Program-made: the position numbers and the translations under genes
Assembly: GCA_040768745.1 (NCBI GenBank)
Contig: JAXGMI010000001.1
Coordinates: 992,001-1,056,000 of the forward strand
Origin: Desulfomicrobium sp.
GTDB lineage: Bacteria > Desulfobacterota > Desulfovibrionia > Desulfovibrionales > Desulfomicrobiaceae
Reading direction: 5' to 3'
Length of the DNA: 64,000 nt
Notes under the pieces: model-generated
What the model was told of the DNA's origin: nothing
The model's input: the letters and a program-made list of their open reading frames with translations, nothing else
The model's database searches: none
Shown here: one piece after another, positions 39,433-50,112 of the stretch
Numbering within the stretch: the first letter of the stretch is position 1
How the letters are laid out: each line of letters opens with the position of its first letter

Positions 39433-40170
39433 CTATTTCCTGAAGAGTTGTTTGAGGGCGGTGATTCCCATTTTGCGTCGCAGGAACCCGAGCTGGTTCT
39501 GCAGGGGCAGCTTCTTGGGGCAGACATCCTCGCAGGCCAAGAGACCCATGCAGCCGAAGATGCCGTAATCGTTGCCGATGATGTCGAAATACTGTTTGTC
39601 CGTGCGCTGGTCGCGGGGGTCGATGACGAAGCGGGCGATGCGGTTCAGGGCCGCCGCGCCCAGGAAGTCGTCCCGCATGCGGGCCGTGCCGCATGCCGCG
39701 ATGCAGCAGCCGCACTCGATGCAACGCTCGAGCTCGTAGATCTCCTCGGCCACGGCGTTGTCCATGCGCTCCTCTTCCTTGGCCGGATCGAACTCCTTGG
39801 CGGTGTGGATCCAGGATTCGGTCTTCTGATACATTTCGCGGAACCATACGCCCGTGTCCACGGAAAGGTCACCGATGAGCTTGAAGACGGGCAGGGGCAG
39901 GAGGGTGATGGCCTCGGGCAGTTCCTTGGTCTTGGTCTGGCAGGCCAGGCCAGGACGGCCGTTGATGACCATGGCACATGCGCCGCAGATGCCGGCCCGG
40001 CAGCAGAAGTCGAAGATCAGGCCCGGGTCCTGTTCCTCGCGCAGGCGATTGAGGGCGATGAACAGGGTCATGTTGGTGGTCTCCTCCAGCACAAAGGCCT
40101 GCATGTGCGGAGTGGAATCCTTGTCCTCAGGGTTGTAGCGGAATATTTCGAATTGTAGCAGTCGTCCCAT
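39433..40170 (-). CDS. frdB: Fumarate reductase iron-sulfur subunit
   Basis: CRAGICGAC, CIECGCC...C, C.GL.AC...CPK. Confidence 0.95.
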   Translation of the reverse strand: MGRLLQFEIFRYNPEDKDSTPHMQAFVLEETTNMTLFIALNRLREEQDPGLIFDFCCRAGICGACAMVINGRPGLACQTKTKELPEAITLLPLPVFKLIGDLSVDTGVWFREMYQKTESWIHTAKEFDPAKEEERMDNAVAEEIYELERCIECGCCIAACGTARMRDDFLGAAALNRIARFVIDPRDQRTDKQYFDIIGNDYGIFGCMGLLACEDVCPKKLPLQNQLGFLRRKMGITALKQLFRK

Positions 40171-40182
40171 GTCGTGTCCCTC

Positions 40183-42039
40183 TTACGTGCGCTTGATGGT
40201 CTTGGCTTCGATTTCCTGCGGATCGGCGTGGATGATTTTTCCGCCACCGTAGCCACGCTCGCCCGGGGGAATCTCGAAATGAGGCGTGGCGTGCTCGTAT
40301 TTCAGCTCCGGCAGGTTGCGGCCTTCGGGCCAGTAGGCCAGGGTGCGGTTCAGCCAGTTCTTGTCATCGCGGGCCGGGTAGTCCTCACGGTTGTGGCTGC
40401 CGCGGCTCTCGCGGCGGACCAGGGCGGCCTGGGCAATGCACAGGGCCAGACGGACCTGCCCGCGGATCTTCAGGGCAGCCGCCACTTCGTGGTTGGCGCC
40501 CAGGCCCTTGGAGAGCAGGCCGATGCGTTCGGAGCGCTCCAGCAGACCCTGCAGGACGGCCACACACTCGGTCAGGTCCTTTTCGTTGCGGAAAACGAAG
40601 CAGCCCTGCATGAGGGCCTCCTGCATCTCGGCGCGGACCTTGTAGACGTTTTCCCTGCCCAGGCGGCCGCTGATCAGGTTGTCGATGCGCCCCTGCTGGC
40701 GCCGGCATTCCGCGTTGATGACGGCGGTGTTGAAGGTCGTCTCGTAACCCTTCAAAAATTCGACGATCTTGGCGCCAATGATGCCGCCGGCCACCACGGT
40801 CTCGGCCAGGGAGTTGCCGCCCAGGCGGTTGAAGCCGTGCATGTCCCAGCAGGCCGCCTCGCCAGCCGAATAGAGGCCCTTCAGGCCATAGGCCGCTCCG
40901 TTCTTGTCCGTGCGCACGCCGGCCATGGTGTAGTGCTGGGTCGGACGCACAGGGATGAGCTGGGTGCGCGGGTCCACGCCCAGGAAGTTCTGGCAGATCT
41001 CGTCCACTTCGCGCAGCTTGGTGGAGATGTGTTTGTCCCCCAGGTGACGGATGTCGAGCCAGAGGTGTTCCCCATAGGCCGATGGCACGCCCTTGCCGGC
41101 GCGCATATGCTCGGTCATGCGGCGGGAGACCACGTCACGGGAGGCCAGTTCGGCCTTCTCGGGCTCGTAGGTGTGCATGAAGCGCTCTTCGTTGACATCC
41201 AGGAGGGTTCCCCCGTCGCCGCGGCAGCCCTCGGTGACCAGGATGTCAGTGGGCACGATGCCCGTGGGGTGAAACTGGATGGCCTCGGGGTTGCCGATGG
41301 GCACCAGTCCTGTGTCCTGGGCGATGACGTGGCCGCCGCCATCGCAGATGACGGCATTGGTCGTGGCCTTGTATATGCGGCCGAATCCGCCGGTGCAGAT
41401 GGCCGTGGCCTTGGCCAGAAAGGTTTCGAGTCTGCCGGTACGCAGACAGCGCACGATGGCACCCATGCACTGCTGACCGTCATGGATGAGGGAAATGGCC
41501 TCCTTGCGGTCCAGAACATTGATGCCGAGCTCGGCGCACTTGTTGTCCATGGTGCACATGACCGCGTGGCCCGTGCCGTCAGAGGTGTAGCAGGTGCGCC
41601 ACTTGGCCGTGCCGCCAAAGGAGCGGGCCGTGATGAGGCCCTCCTTCTCGGGCTTCTCGAACTTCTCGAACTGCTCACCGCCCTTGAAATAGGTGGACGA
41701 ACCCGGCACCACGCGGTTCCACGGTACGCCCCAGTGGGCCAGGCGGCGCATCTCGATGGGCGCGGCGTCGGCGAAGAGGCGGGCCACTTCCTGGTCGCAT
41801 CCCCAGTCGGAACCCTTGACCGTGTCCATGAAATGGACGTCCGGGTTGTCGCCTTCTCCCATGGCGCAATTGCCCAAGGCCGCCTGCATCCCGCCCTGGG
41901 CCGCCGAGGAGTGGGAGCGTCGGGCCGGGACGATGGACAGGCAGATGACGTTGAAGCCGGCCAGGGCCGATTCCACGGCGACGCGTTCGCCGGCCAGGCC
42001 TGCGCCGATGACCAGAAGATCGGAATAGTATGTTTGCAT
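40183..42039 (-). CDS. frdA: Fumarate reductase flavoprotein subunit
   Basis: GAGLAG, RSHS.AAQGG (covalent FAD His), QFHPTG, TEGCRG, ELASRDVVSR, HGFNRLGGNSL. Confidence 0.97.
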   Translation of the reverse strand: MQTYYSDLLVIGAGLAGERVAVESALAGFNVICLSIVPARRSHSSAAQGGMQAALGNCAMGEGDNPDVHFMDTVKGSDWGCDQEVARLFADAAPIEMRRLAHWGVPWNRVVPGSSTYFKGGEQFEKFEKPEKEGLITARSFGGTAKWRTCYTSDGTGHAVMCTMDNKCAELGINVLDRKEAISLIHDGQQCMGAIVRCLRTGRLETFLAKATAICTGGFGRIYKATTNAVICDGGGHVIAQDTGLVPIGNPEAIQFHPTGIVPTDILVTEGCRGDGGTLLDVNEERFMHTYEPEKAELASRDVVSRRMTEHMRAGKGVPSAYGEHLWLDIRHLGDKHISTKLREVDEICQNFLGVDPRTQLIPVRPTQHYTMAGVRTDKNGAAYGLKGLYSAGEAACWDMHGFNRLGGNSLAETVVAGGIIGAKIVEFLKGYETTFNTAVINAECRRQQGRIDNLISGRLGRENVYKVRAEMQEALMQGCFVFRNEKDLTECVAVLQGLLERSERIGLLSKGLGANHEVAAALKIRGQVRLALCIAQAALVRRESRGSHNREDYPARDDKNWLNRTLAYWPEGRNLPELKYEHATPHFEIPPGERGYGGGKIIHADPQEIEAKTIKRT

Positions 42040-42051
42040 GCCTTCCCCCCT

Positions 42052-42696
42052 TTAGCCCAAGAATGCGAAACGCAACAAGGTGATCAGACCGATGCCCATG
42101 AACACTGCGAACATAATGTTCTCGGCCTTCTTGGCCTGGGGACGGTTCTCGGTCCTGATGAAGCCCCACTTCACGCCGATGCGGTAGAAGCCCACTGAGA
42201 CGTGGACCTCGATGCAGGGCAGCAGGACGAGATAGAACCAACCCCAGCCGGCCTGCACGCGGGCGGCGGACTTGGCGGCGGTGATGGGCAGATCAGTGAG
42301 GACCACAAAGAGGTGTACGGAACCCATGATCAGCACGATCATGGCCGTAACGGCCTGGACCACCCACAGCCAAGTATCGGTGTGGTGCATCATGCGGGCG
42401 TGTTTCCAGATGGTTTTCTGGCCCTCGGCGCGGAAAGGAATTTTGCGAGCGGCCAGGACAAAGTGGGTGATCATGGTTAGGAAAATGATCGGGCCGCCGA
42501 CTTGGGCCAAGTACGTGGCCTCGAAGAACCAAGCGATGGCGTCCATGATCCGCGGCGAAAGAACCACGGATGAGACCAGGAGCATGTGGCACCACATGAA
42601 CAGGACGAGACCGGCGCCGGTCAGCATCTGGAGCCAGTCGAGATACGCATCCCGGCGCCCGGGGCGCACGACATGCATGGTGGCATCAACGGACAT
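42052..42696 (-). CDS. frdC: Fumarate reductase diheme cytochrome b membrane anchor
   Basis: Five TM segments with four heme-ligand His; ARK.P and YRIGVKWG motifs; GGAGG RBS. Confidence 0.92.
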   Translation of the reverse strand: MSVDATMHVVRPGRRDAYLDWLQMLTGAGLVLFMWCHMLLVSSVVLSPRIMDAIAWFFEATYLAQVGGPIIFLTMITHFVLAARKIPFRAEGQKTIWKHARMMHHTDTWLWVVQAVTAMIVLIMGSVHLFVVLTDLPITAAKSAARVQAGWGWFYLVLLPCIEVHVSVGFYRIGVKWGFIRTENRPQAKKAENIMFAVFMGIGLITLLRFAFLG

Positions 42697-42927
42697 ACTT
42701 CCTCCGAAGTTGCGGAGCCAATGCGGTACCGGCCCCTGGTTGAACAACCAATTCGCTTGTCTCGAAACGATGAAGCTCCGAAGTATTTCGGAAATGGATT
42801 TTTGTAGACAAACTTGTTAATCGATTAAAATTGATCAGTCAATCATGTGCGTGGGTTGATGCATCAGGGGCGTGATGCAGTACGCAAAACGTCTCGAGAA
42901 AATAGGGGTAAAGAATTCGGAGTGGAC

Positions 42928-45396
42928 ATGGGTACGGACGCGAAACGTTTTCCGGTGGGGGGCATGCACTGTGCTGCCTGTTCGTCGCGCATCGAGAAGG
43001 TGGTGGGCGCCATGTCCGGCGTGGAAGGGGTTGCCGTCAACCTGGCCACGGGCGAGATGGACTTGCGCTACGACGCGAAAAATGTCGATTTGGGCCAGAT
43101 TCTGGCACGGGTGCGGGACATGGGCTTCTCCGTGGAGGAGCCGGTTTCCGAAACGGTGCTTGAATTGCGCATCGGCGGCATGCACTGCGCGGCCTGCTCG
43201 TCGCGCATCGAGCGCATCGTGGCCGCCATGGACGGAGTGCGGGAGGCCAGCGTCAACCTCGGGGCCGAGAGCGGGCGGTTCGTCTTCGACCCGTCGAAGG
43301 TGTCCCAGCGCGCCCTGCGCCAGGCCATCCACGACGTTGGATTCAGCACGGAGCTGCCGCGCCGGGAGAAGGCCGGGGAAGAGGAGGCGCGCATCGCTGC
43401 CCGCCTGGCGGAGAAGAAGCGCAGCGTGGCTTGGTCTATGGCCTTCGCCCTGCCGCTCCTGATCCTGTCCATGGGGCACATGTGGGGCCTGCCCCTGCCG
43501 CACTGGCTCGACCCCATGCACGCGCCGGGAACCTTTGCCCTGACCCAGCTCCTGTTGACCTTGCCCGTGGTCTGGAATGGCCGCAGTTTCTACCTCGTGG
43601 GCTTCCCGGCCCTGGTCCGTCTGGCCCCCAACATGGACTCCCTGGTGGCCGTGGGCACGGGCGCGGCCTTGGTCTATTCCCTGTGGAACACGGTGGAGGT
43701 CTGGCTGGGCGTGGACGCCATGGCCCGGGCCATGGACCTCTACTACGAGTCCGCAGCGATCCTCATCGCCATGATATCCCTCGGCAAGTTCTTCGAGGCC
43801 CGGTCTGTGTCCAGGACAACGGGAGCGGTGCGGGCCCTCATGGCTCTGGCCCCGGATACGGCCTTGCTGGTGGACGGCGAGTCCGAGCGCGAGATTCCCG
43901 TGGAGGAGATCGAACCCGGCGACCTGCTGCGCATCCGTCCCGGAGGACGGCTGCCCGTGGACGGCGAGGTGGCCGAAGGGCAGAGCCACGTGGACGAGTC
44001 CATGCTCACGGGCGAGCCCCTGCCCGTGCGCCGCGCCCCGGGCGACACGGTCTTCGGCGGCACCCTGAACACCACAGGCTCCTTTGTCATGCGCGCCTCC
44101 CTGGTGGGCGAGGACACCATGCTGGCCCGCATCGTGCGCCTGGTGCGCGACGCCCAGGGCTCCAAGGCCCCCATCGCCAGCCTGGCCGACACGGTCAGCT
44201 ACTATTTCGTTCCGGTGGTCATGGCCCTGGCCCTCGTTTCGGGCCTGGCCTGGCATCTGTTCAGCGACGAGCCCTTCGTCTTCGCCCTGCGCATCGCCAT
44301 CTCGGTCCTGGTCATCGCCTGCCCCTGTGCCATGGGGCTGGCCACGCCGACGTCCATCATGGTCGGCACGGGGCGCGGTGCGCAGCTGGGCGTGCTCATC
44401 AAGTCCGGCCGGGCCCTGCAGAAGGCCGGGGAACTGGATACCCTGGTCTTCGACAAGACCGGGACCCTGACCGTGGGCAGGCCCGTGCTGGCCGAGGTCT
44501 GGACGGCTCCCGAATCGGGCTTCGGACGTGATGGCCTGGTGCGGCTGGCCGCGGCCGTGGAGGTCCAGTCCGAGCACCCCCTGGCCCGGGCTGTGGTGGC
44601 CGCGGCCGGAGAGGCCTTGCCCAAGGCCTCGGGCTTTTCAGCCGTGCCCGGGCAGGGCGTGCGCGCCGAGGCAAACGGCAGGCATGTGGCCATCGGCAAC
44701 GAGCTGATGATGCGCTCCATGGGCATCGATCCTGCTGCTGCGGCTGCGCACCGCGCGCGCCTGGAAGGGCAGGGGGCCACGGTGGTGCATGTGGCCGTGG
44801 ACGGGCGGCTGGCTGGCCTGCTGGCCATCAGCGACCAGGTCCGGCCCGAGTCCAGGGCGGCGATCAGGCACATGCGCGATCTTGGCCTGGACGTCGTGCT
44901 CCTGACGGGGGATTCCGAGCGCGCGGCCCGGGCCGTGGCCGCACAGCTTGGCATCGGGCGGGTGGTGGCCGGCGTGCTCCCGGACCGCAAGGCCGAGGAG
45001 ATCGAGAACCTGCAGCGGGAGGGACGCACCGTAGGCATGGTCGGCGACGGGATCAACGACGCCCCGGCCCTGGCTCGGGCCGACCTGGGCGTGGCCATGG
45101 GCTCGGGCATGGATGTGGCCATGGAGTCCGGCGACGTGGTGCTCATACGCGAGGACCTCCTGGGCGTGCTCACGGCCCTGGCCCTGAGCCGCGCGGTCAT
45201 GCGCAACATCCGCCAGAACCTGTTCTGGGCCTTCGCCTTCAATACCATCGGCATCCCGGTGGCGGCCGGCGTCCTGCACCTCTTCGGAGGACCGACCATG
45301 AGCCCCATGCTGGCCGGAACGGCCATGGCCATGAGTTCGGTCTTTGTCGTTTCCAACGCCCTGCGGCTGCGTTTTTTCACCCCGGCAGATGCGTGA
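42928..45396 (+). CDS. copA: P1B-1 copper-type P-type ATPase with two N-terminal HMA domains
   Basis: Two GMHCAAC motifs, [31 protein letters not shown]. Confidence 0.93.
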   Translation: MGTDAKRFPVGGMHCAACSSRIEKVVGAMSGVEGVAVNLATGEMDLRYDAKNVDLGQILARVRDMGFSVEEPVSETVLELRIGGMHCAACSSRIERIVAAMDGVREASVNLGAESGRFVFDPSKVSQRALRQAIHDVGFSTELPRREKAGEEEARIAARLAEKKRSVAWSMAFALPLLILSMGHMWGLPLPHWLDPMHAPGTFALTQLLLTLPVVWNGRSFYLVGFPALVRLAPNMDSLVAVGTGAALVYSLWNTVEVWLGVDAMARAMDLYYESAAILIAMISLGKFFEARSVSRTTGAVRALMALAPDTALLVDGESEREIPVEEIEPGDLLRIRPGGRLPVDGEVAEGQSHVDESMLTGEPLPVRRAPGDTVFGGTLNTTGSFVMRASLVGEDTMLARIVRLVRDAQGSKAPIASLADTVSYYFVPVVMALALVSGLAWHLFSDEPFVFALRIAISVLVIACPCAMGLATPTSIMVGTGRGAQLGVLIKSGRALQKAGELDTLVFDKTGTLTVGRPVLAEVWTAPESGFGRDGLVRLAAAVEVQSEHPLARAVVAAAGEALPKASGFSAVPGQGVRAEANGRHVAIGNELMMRSMGIDPAAAAAHRARLEGQGATVVHVAVDGRLAGLLAISDQVRPESRAAIRHMRDLGLDVVLLTGDSERAARAVAAQLGIGRVVAGVLPDRKAEEIENLQREGRTVGMVGDGINDAPALARADLGVAMGSGMDVAMESGDVVLIREDLLGVLTALALSRAVMRNIRQNLFWAFAFNTIGIPVAAGVLHLFGGPTMSPMLAGTAMAMSSVFVVSNALRLRFFTPADA

Positions 45397-45438
45397 TGCT
45401 CTTGTCGGTGAGCTTCGAGATTGGAGAGGGACGTTATC

Positions 45439-46509
45439 ATGGCTGACCCAAAGCGATGTCCGGATGGGGCCGGGCAGCACACCCCAGCGTTCTCGGAAGC
45501 GGACCTACCCATCGACGACCAGGGGCGCGTTTACCATCTGCAGATCAAACCGGAACAGATCGCCCCTGATATTTTGTTGGTCGGGGATCCCGGGCGGGCA
45601 GAATCCGTCGGGTCAATGTTCTTGCGTGATGTGGAGGTCGCGCATCAACACCGGGGGCTGGTCACGGTCACAGGAATTTTTGAGGGCACAGGGGGGCGGG
45701 CCACAATCATTTCGCCACTGAAGACCACCGTGACGACTTCCGGGATGGGAACTCCCTCCCTTGAGATCGTGGTGAACGAACTGGTGGCCATGAACGAGAT
45801 CGACATCGCAACACGAACGAGAAAAGCCGATTTCCCACGTTTGCACGTCCTGCGGATAGGCACATCCGGAGCCCTGCAGGCATCGACAAGGCTGGGCACG
45901 CCCATCATCACCTCGTATGCCATCGGAATGGACAACACGGGTCTGTTTTACGAGACTCCCCATCCTGATGGGACCTGCCAGCGACTTGAACAGGAGTTGG
46001 GGCATCTGATGCGCAATTCCATGAGACCAGGCTCCCGGTTCTGGGGGAGGATCCACCCCTATGTCGCCCGTTCCGAACCCGTCATGGTCCAGGGGCTGGA
46101 GGAGACTGCGGCACGCCTTGGGGTACCGGCCAGGATTGGATTGACTGCCTCCAACAGCGGCTTTTTTGCCTGCCAGGGGCGCGATGTCGCCCGGGTTCAG
46201 CCCAGCGTGCCAGAACTCGACAGGGTATTTTCAGAATTCGATCCCAGGCTTGGGGGGCAACGGATTGAGAACATGGAGATGGAAGCGAGTTTTCTGTTGC
46301 ACTTCCTTGGCGGCTTGGGGCATTGGGCCGGGGCCATTTGTCCGACCATTGCCAACCGACGATGGAACACCTTTGACCACCAGTACCAGGAGTCCATTGC
46401 ACTTGCCACCGAGGTGGGCTTGAGGACATTGGCGTCTCTGCGAAATCGGTATCCCGATGCGCGGTTGCGATGCCCGTCCATGGAAGCTCCGGACGTCATG
46501 GGCGGATAG
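45439..46509 (+). CDS. Nucleoside (uridine) phosphorylase family protein
   Basis: VYHL, VGDPGRA, GMG.PS.EI, RIGTSG.LQ, GFF..QGR, NMEMEAS. Confidence 0.85.
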   Translation: MADPKRCPDGAGQHTPAFSEADLPIDDQGRVYHLQIKPEQIAPDILLVGDPGRAESVGSMFLRDVEVAHQHRGLVTVTGIFEGTGGRATIISPLKTTVTTSGMGTPSLEIVVNELVAMNEIDIATRTRKADFPRLHVLRIGTSGALQASTRLGTPIITSYAIGMDNTGLFYETPHPDGTCQRLEQELGHLMRNSMRPGSRFWGRIHPYVARSEPVMVQGLEETAARLGVPARIGLTASNSGFFACQGRDVARVQPSVPELDRVFSEFDPRLGGQRIENMEMEASFLLHFLGGLGHWAGAICPTIANRRWNTFDHQYQESIALATEVGLRTLASLRNRYPDARLRCPSMEAPDVMGG

Positions 46510-46652
46510 AACGGTCAGTGCATCCCCCTTTTTCCACCCGCAACTCGGGTTGACCTGTCATTTGGAACCGAGGCCAAGGACTGCAATGCGGTATGCGCCC
46601 TCGTGTTCATGTTGCCTGGGCGAATCCCGGCACGGTTTTTGGAACACAGTGT

Positions 46653-46681
46653 TTGACCTTCCAGGTCGCTGTGTTTAGAGT
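46653..46681 (+). promoter_or_regulatory. Sigma70-type promoter for the carB operon
   Basis: TTGACC-N17-TAGAGT about 85 bp upstream of carB. Confidence 0.55.
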
Positions 46682-46765
46682 GCGCCGACTCCATCAGCCA
46701 TCGAGCGTGGCAGATTCCGGATTGGCCTTGATAACCATCCCAAAATATAACCCATCCACCCAGAG

Positions 46766-49700
46766 ATGCCCAAGAGAACAGATCTCAAGAAGATAATGCT
46801 CATCGGTTCGGGTCCCATTGTCATCGGGCAGGCCTGTGAGTTCGACTATTCCGGCACCCAAGCCCTGAAAGCCCTGAAGGAAGAGGGGTATGAGGTGGTC
46901 CTGGTCAACTCCAATCCGGCTACGATCATGACCGATCCGGACCTGGCCGACCGGACCTACATCGAGCCCATCGAACCAGAGACTGTGGCCCGCATCATCG
47001 AACGAGAACGGCCGTGCGCCCTGCTGCCAACCCTGGGTGGTCAGACAGGCCTGAACACAGCCGTGGCCGTGGCCGAGAACGGAATCCTGGAAAAATACGG
47101 CGTGGAACTCATCGGCGCGTCCCTGCCGGCCATCAAGAAGGCCGAAAGCCGTCAGCTCTTTCGCAAAGCCATGGAGAAGATAGGTCTCAAGGTGCCCAAA
47201 AGCGGTATCGCCAGGAGCCTGAACGATGCGCGGGAGTGGGGCGAGAAACTCACCTTCCCCATCATCGTCCGTCCGGCGTTCACCCTGGGCGGCACGGGCG
47301 GCGGTGTGGCCTACAACAAGGAGGATCTTGAGCGCATTGCCCAGCAGGGCCTGGCCGCCAGTCTGACCACGGAAGTCATGCTGGAGGAGTCCCTCCTGGG
47401 TTGGAAGGAATTCGAACTCGAAGTGGTGCGGGACAAGAAGGACAACTGTGTCATCATCTGCTCCATCGAGAACCTGGACCCCATGGGTGTGCATACCGGC
47501 GACTCCGTGACCGTGGCCCCGGCCCAGACCCTGACCGACGATGAGTATCAGAAGATGCGCGATGCATCCCTGGCCATCATGCGCGAAATCGGGGTGGAGA
47601 CAGGTGGCTCCAACGTCCAGTTCGCCCTGAACCCGGCCAACGGCGAGATGATGATCATCGAGATGAACCCCCGGGTTTCCCGGTCTTCCGCCCTGGCCTC
47701 CAAGGCCACGGGTTTCCCCATCGCCAAGATCGCAGCCAAGCTGGCCGTGGGCTACACCCTGGACGAACTGCAGAACGACATCACCCGCGAGACCATGGCC
47801 GCTTTCGAGCCGACCATAGATTACGTGGTCATCAAGATCCCCCGCTTCACATTCGAGAAATTCCCCGGCGCCGAAGACTTTCTGACCACGGCCATGAAGA
47901 GTGTGGGCGAGACCATGGCCATCGGGAGGACCTTCAAGGAGGCCCTGCAAAAAGGTCTTCGCTCCCTGGAGATCGGCTATCCCGGGCTGGGCAAGAATTT
48001 TGATGGGAAGTTTCCAGACGTGGAGGAAATCCTGGCCGGATTGCGTAGGCCCAATTCCCGGAGGCTCTTCCAGGTCCGTCAGGCCCTGCTGGCCGGTGTG
48101 ACCGAGGAGGAGATCTATGCCTTGTCCGCCATCGACCCCTGGTTCATCCGCCAGTTCAAGGACATCGTCGACTTCGAGGCCGTGCTCAAGAATGTCGGCC
48201 TGCAGGGAAACCTCTCTGTGGACAATCCCGAGTTCGTGACGGTGCTGCGCCAGGCCAAGGCCATGGGTTTCTCGGACCGTCAACTGGCTACGTTGTGGAA
48301 ACGCAAGGAAATAGACATCAGGTCCATGCGCAGGGAGGCGAACATCCTGCCCACCTACAAGCTGGTGGACACCTGCGCAGCAGAATTCGAGGCCTATACC
48401 CCCTACTACTACTCCACCTACGAGACGGAAAATGAGGCCCGTATTTCCTCCAAGCGCAAGGTGGTCATCCTCGGGGGCGGCCCCAACCGCATTGGCCAGG
48501 GTATCGAGTTCGACTACTGCTGCGTGCACGCCTCCTACGCGCTGCGCGAAATGGGTATCGAGTCCATTATGGTCAACTCCAACCCCGAAACCGTGTCCAC
48601 GGACTACGACACCTCAGACCGCCTCTACTTCGAGCCCCTGACCCGCGAGGACGTGCTGGCCATCATTGAACAGGAGAAGCCCGAGGGCGTCATCGTCCAG
48701 TTCGGCGGCCAGACCCCGCTCAATCTGGCAGTGCCGCTCCTGCGTGAGGGAGTGAATATCCTGGGCACTTCGCCGGATTCCATTGATCGGGCCGAAGACC
48801 GGGAGCGGTTTCAGGCCCTGCTGAAGAAGCTCGATCTGTTGCAGCCCGACAACGGCACGGCCATGAATGTGGACGAGGCCGTGCTTGTGGCCGAGAGGGT
48901 CGGTTACCCCGTGGTGGTAAGGCCTTCGTACGTTCTCGGCGGAAGGGCCATGGATATCGTTTACGATAAAAAGGACTTGCAGGGCTATTTCGGCAAGCAC
49001 GTGACCGTGGCCCCCGAACATCCCATCCTCATCGACAAGTTCCTGGAGAACGCCATCGAGATCGATGTCGATGCTCTGAGTGATGGCGAGGATACCTATG
49101 TGGCCGGGATCATGGAACACATTGAGGAGGCCGGCATCCACTCCGGCGACTCGGCCTGCGTGCTGCCCCCCCACACCGTGGGCAAGATGTGGATCCAGGA
49201 AATCGAGCGCCAGACCAGGGCACTGGCCAGAGAATTGGGCGTCATAGGCCTCATGAACATCCAGTTCGCGTTGAAGGACGAGTTGATTTACATTCTTGAA
49301 GTGAATCCCCGTGCCTCAAGGACATCCCCCTTCGTTTCCAAGGCCACGGGAGTGCCCCTGGCCAAGCTCGCCACCCGAGTCATGCTGGGGCAGAAACTCA
49401 AGGACCTGGATCCCTGGTCCCTGCGCAAGGGCGGGTATTACGCGGTCAAGGAGGCGGTCCTGCCGTTCAACCGCTTTCCGGGCGTGGATACCCTGCTGGG
49501 GCCTGAAATGCGCTCCACCGGGGAGGTCATGGGCGTCGATCCGTCCCTGGGACTGGCGTTCATGAAGTCCCAGCTCGCTGCCGGACAGTTCCTGCCTGCG
49601 AGCGGGTGCGTGTTCATCTCGGTCAACGATCATGACAAGCCCGGCATTCTCGTCCCGGCCAGAACCTTTCAGAAGCTGGGCTTCACCATCATGTCCACCC

Positions 49701-50014
49701 GGGGCACGGCTGCATATCTGGCCAGTCACGGGGTGCAGTGTCAGGTCGTCAACAAGGTGTACGAAGGCCGCCCCAACGTCATCGATCACATCAAGAACGG
49801 GGACATCCAATTGGTCATCAACACGTCCTCGGGCAAGCGGACCAAGGAAGACTCCTCAGAGTTGCGCCGGACCACGGTGCTGTACGGACTGCCGTACACG
49901 ACCAACCTCGCAGCGGCCAAGGCCCTGGCTCTGGCCATCAAGGAGCGGGGCAGCGCGGGCTTGAATGTGCAATGCTTGCAGGAATATTACAGGAATTCGG
50001 GCCGGGATTTTTGA
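46766..50014 (+). CDS. carB: Carbamoyl-phosphate synthase large subunit
   Basis: [21 protein letters not shown], duplicated ATP-grasp domains, C-terminal MGS domain. Confidence 0.99.
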   Translation: MPKRTDLKKIMLIGSGPIVIGQACEFDYSGTQALKALKEEGYEVVLVNSNPATIMTDPDLADRTYIEPIEPETVARIIERERPCALLPTLGGQTGLNTAVAVAENGILEKYGVELIGASLPAIKKAESRQLFRKAMEKIGLKVPKSGIARSLNDAREWGEKLTFPIIVRPAFTLGGTGGGVAYNKEDLERIAQQGLAASLTTEVMLEESLLGWKEFELEVVRDKKDNCVIICSIENLDPMGVHTGDSVTVAPAQTLTDDEYQKMRDASLAIMREIGVETGGSNVQFALNPANGEMMIIEMNPRVSRSSALASKATGFPIAKIAAKLAVGYTLDELQNDITRETMAAFEPTIDYVVIKIPRFTFEKFPGAEDFLTTAMKSVGETMAIGRTFKEALQKGLRSLEIGYPGLGKNFDGKFPDVEEILAGLRRPNSRRLFQVRQALLAGVTEEEIYALSAIDPWFIRQFKDIVDFEAVLKNVGLQGNLSVDNPEFVTVLRQAKAMGFSDRQLATLWKRKEIDIRSMRREANILPTYKLVDTCAAEFEAYTPYYYSTYETENEARISSKRKVVILGGGPNRIGQGIEFDYCCVHASYALREMGIESIMVNSNPETVSTDYDTSDRLYFEPLTREDVLAIIEQEKPEGVIVQFGGQTPLNLAVPLLREGVNILGTSPDSIDRAEDRERFQALLKKLDLLQPDNGTAMNVDEAVLVAERVGYPVVVRPSYVLGGRAMDIVYDKKDLQGYFGKHVTVAPEHPILIDKFLENAIEIDVDALSDGEDTYVAGIMEHIEEAGIHSGDSACVLPPHTVGKMWIQEIERQTRALARELGVIGLMNIQFALKDELIYILEVNPRASRTSPFVSKATGVPLAKLATRVMLGQKLKDLDPWSLRKGGYYAVKEAVLPFNRFPGVDTLLGPEMRSTGEVMGVDPSLGLAFMKSQLAAGQFLPASGCVFISVNDHDKPGILVPARTFQKLGFTIMSTRGTAAYLASHGVQCQVVNKVYEGRPNVIDHIKNGDIQLVINTSSGKRTKEDSSELRRTTVLYGLPYTTNLAAAKALALAIKERGSAGLNVQCLQEYYRNSGRDF

Positions 50015-50112
50015 CCTCCATGCCCGACGGAGAGGGATTTGCCACTGCAAAGCTCAGGGCCATAGGCCCTGGGCTTTGCCTGTTCAAGAACACTGCCATG
50101 GAAAACAGCGAC

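Noticed and set aside
46653..46681. CueR/MerR operator (TTGACCTTCC half-site)
   Set aside because: The second half-site GGAAGGT is absent, the spacer is 17 rather than 19 bp, and it precedes carB rather than copA.
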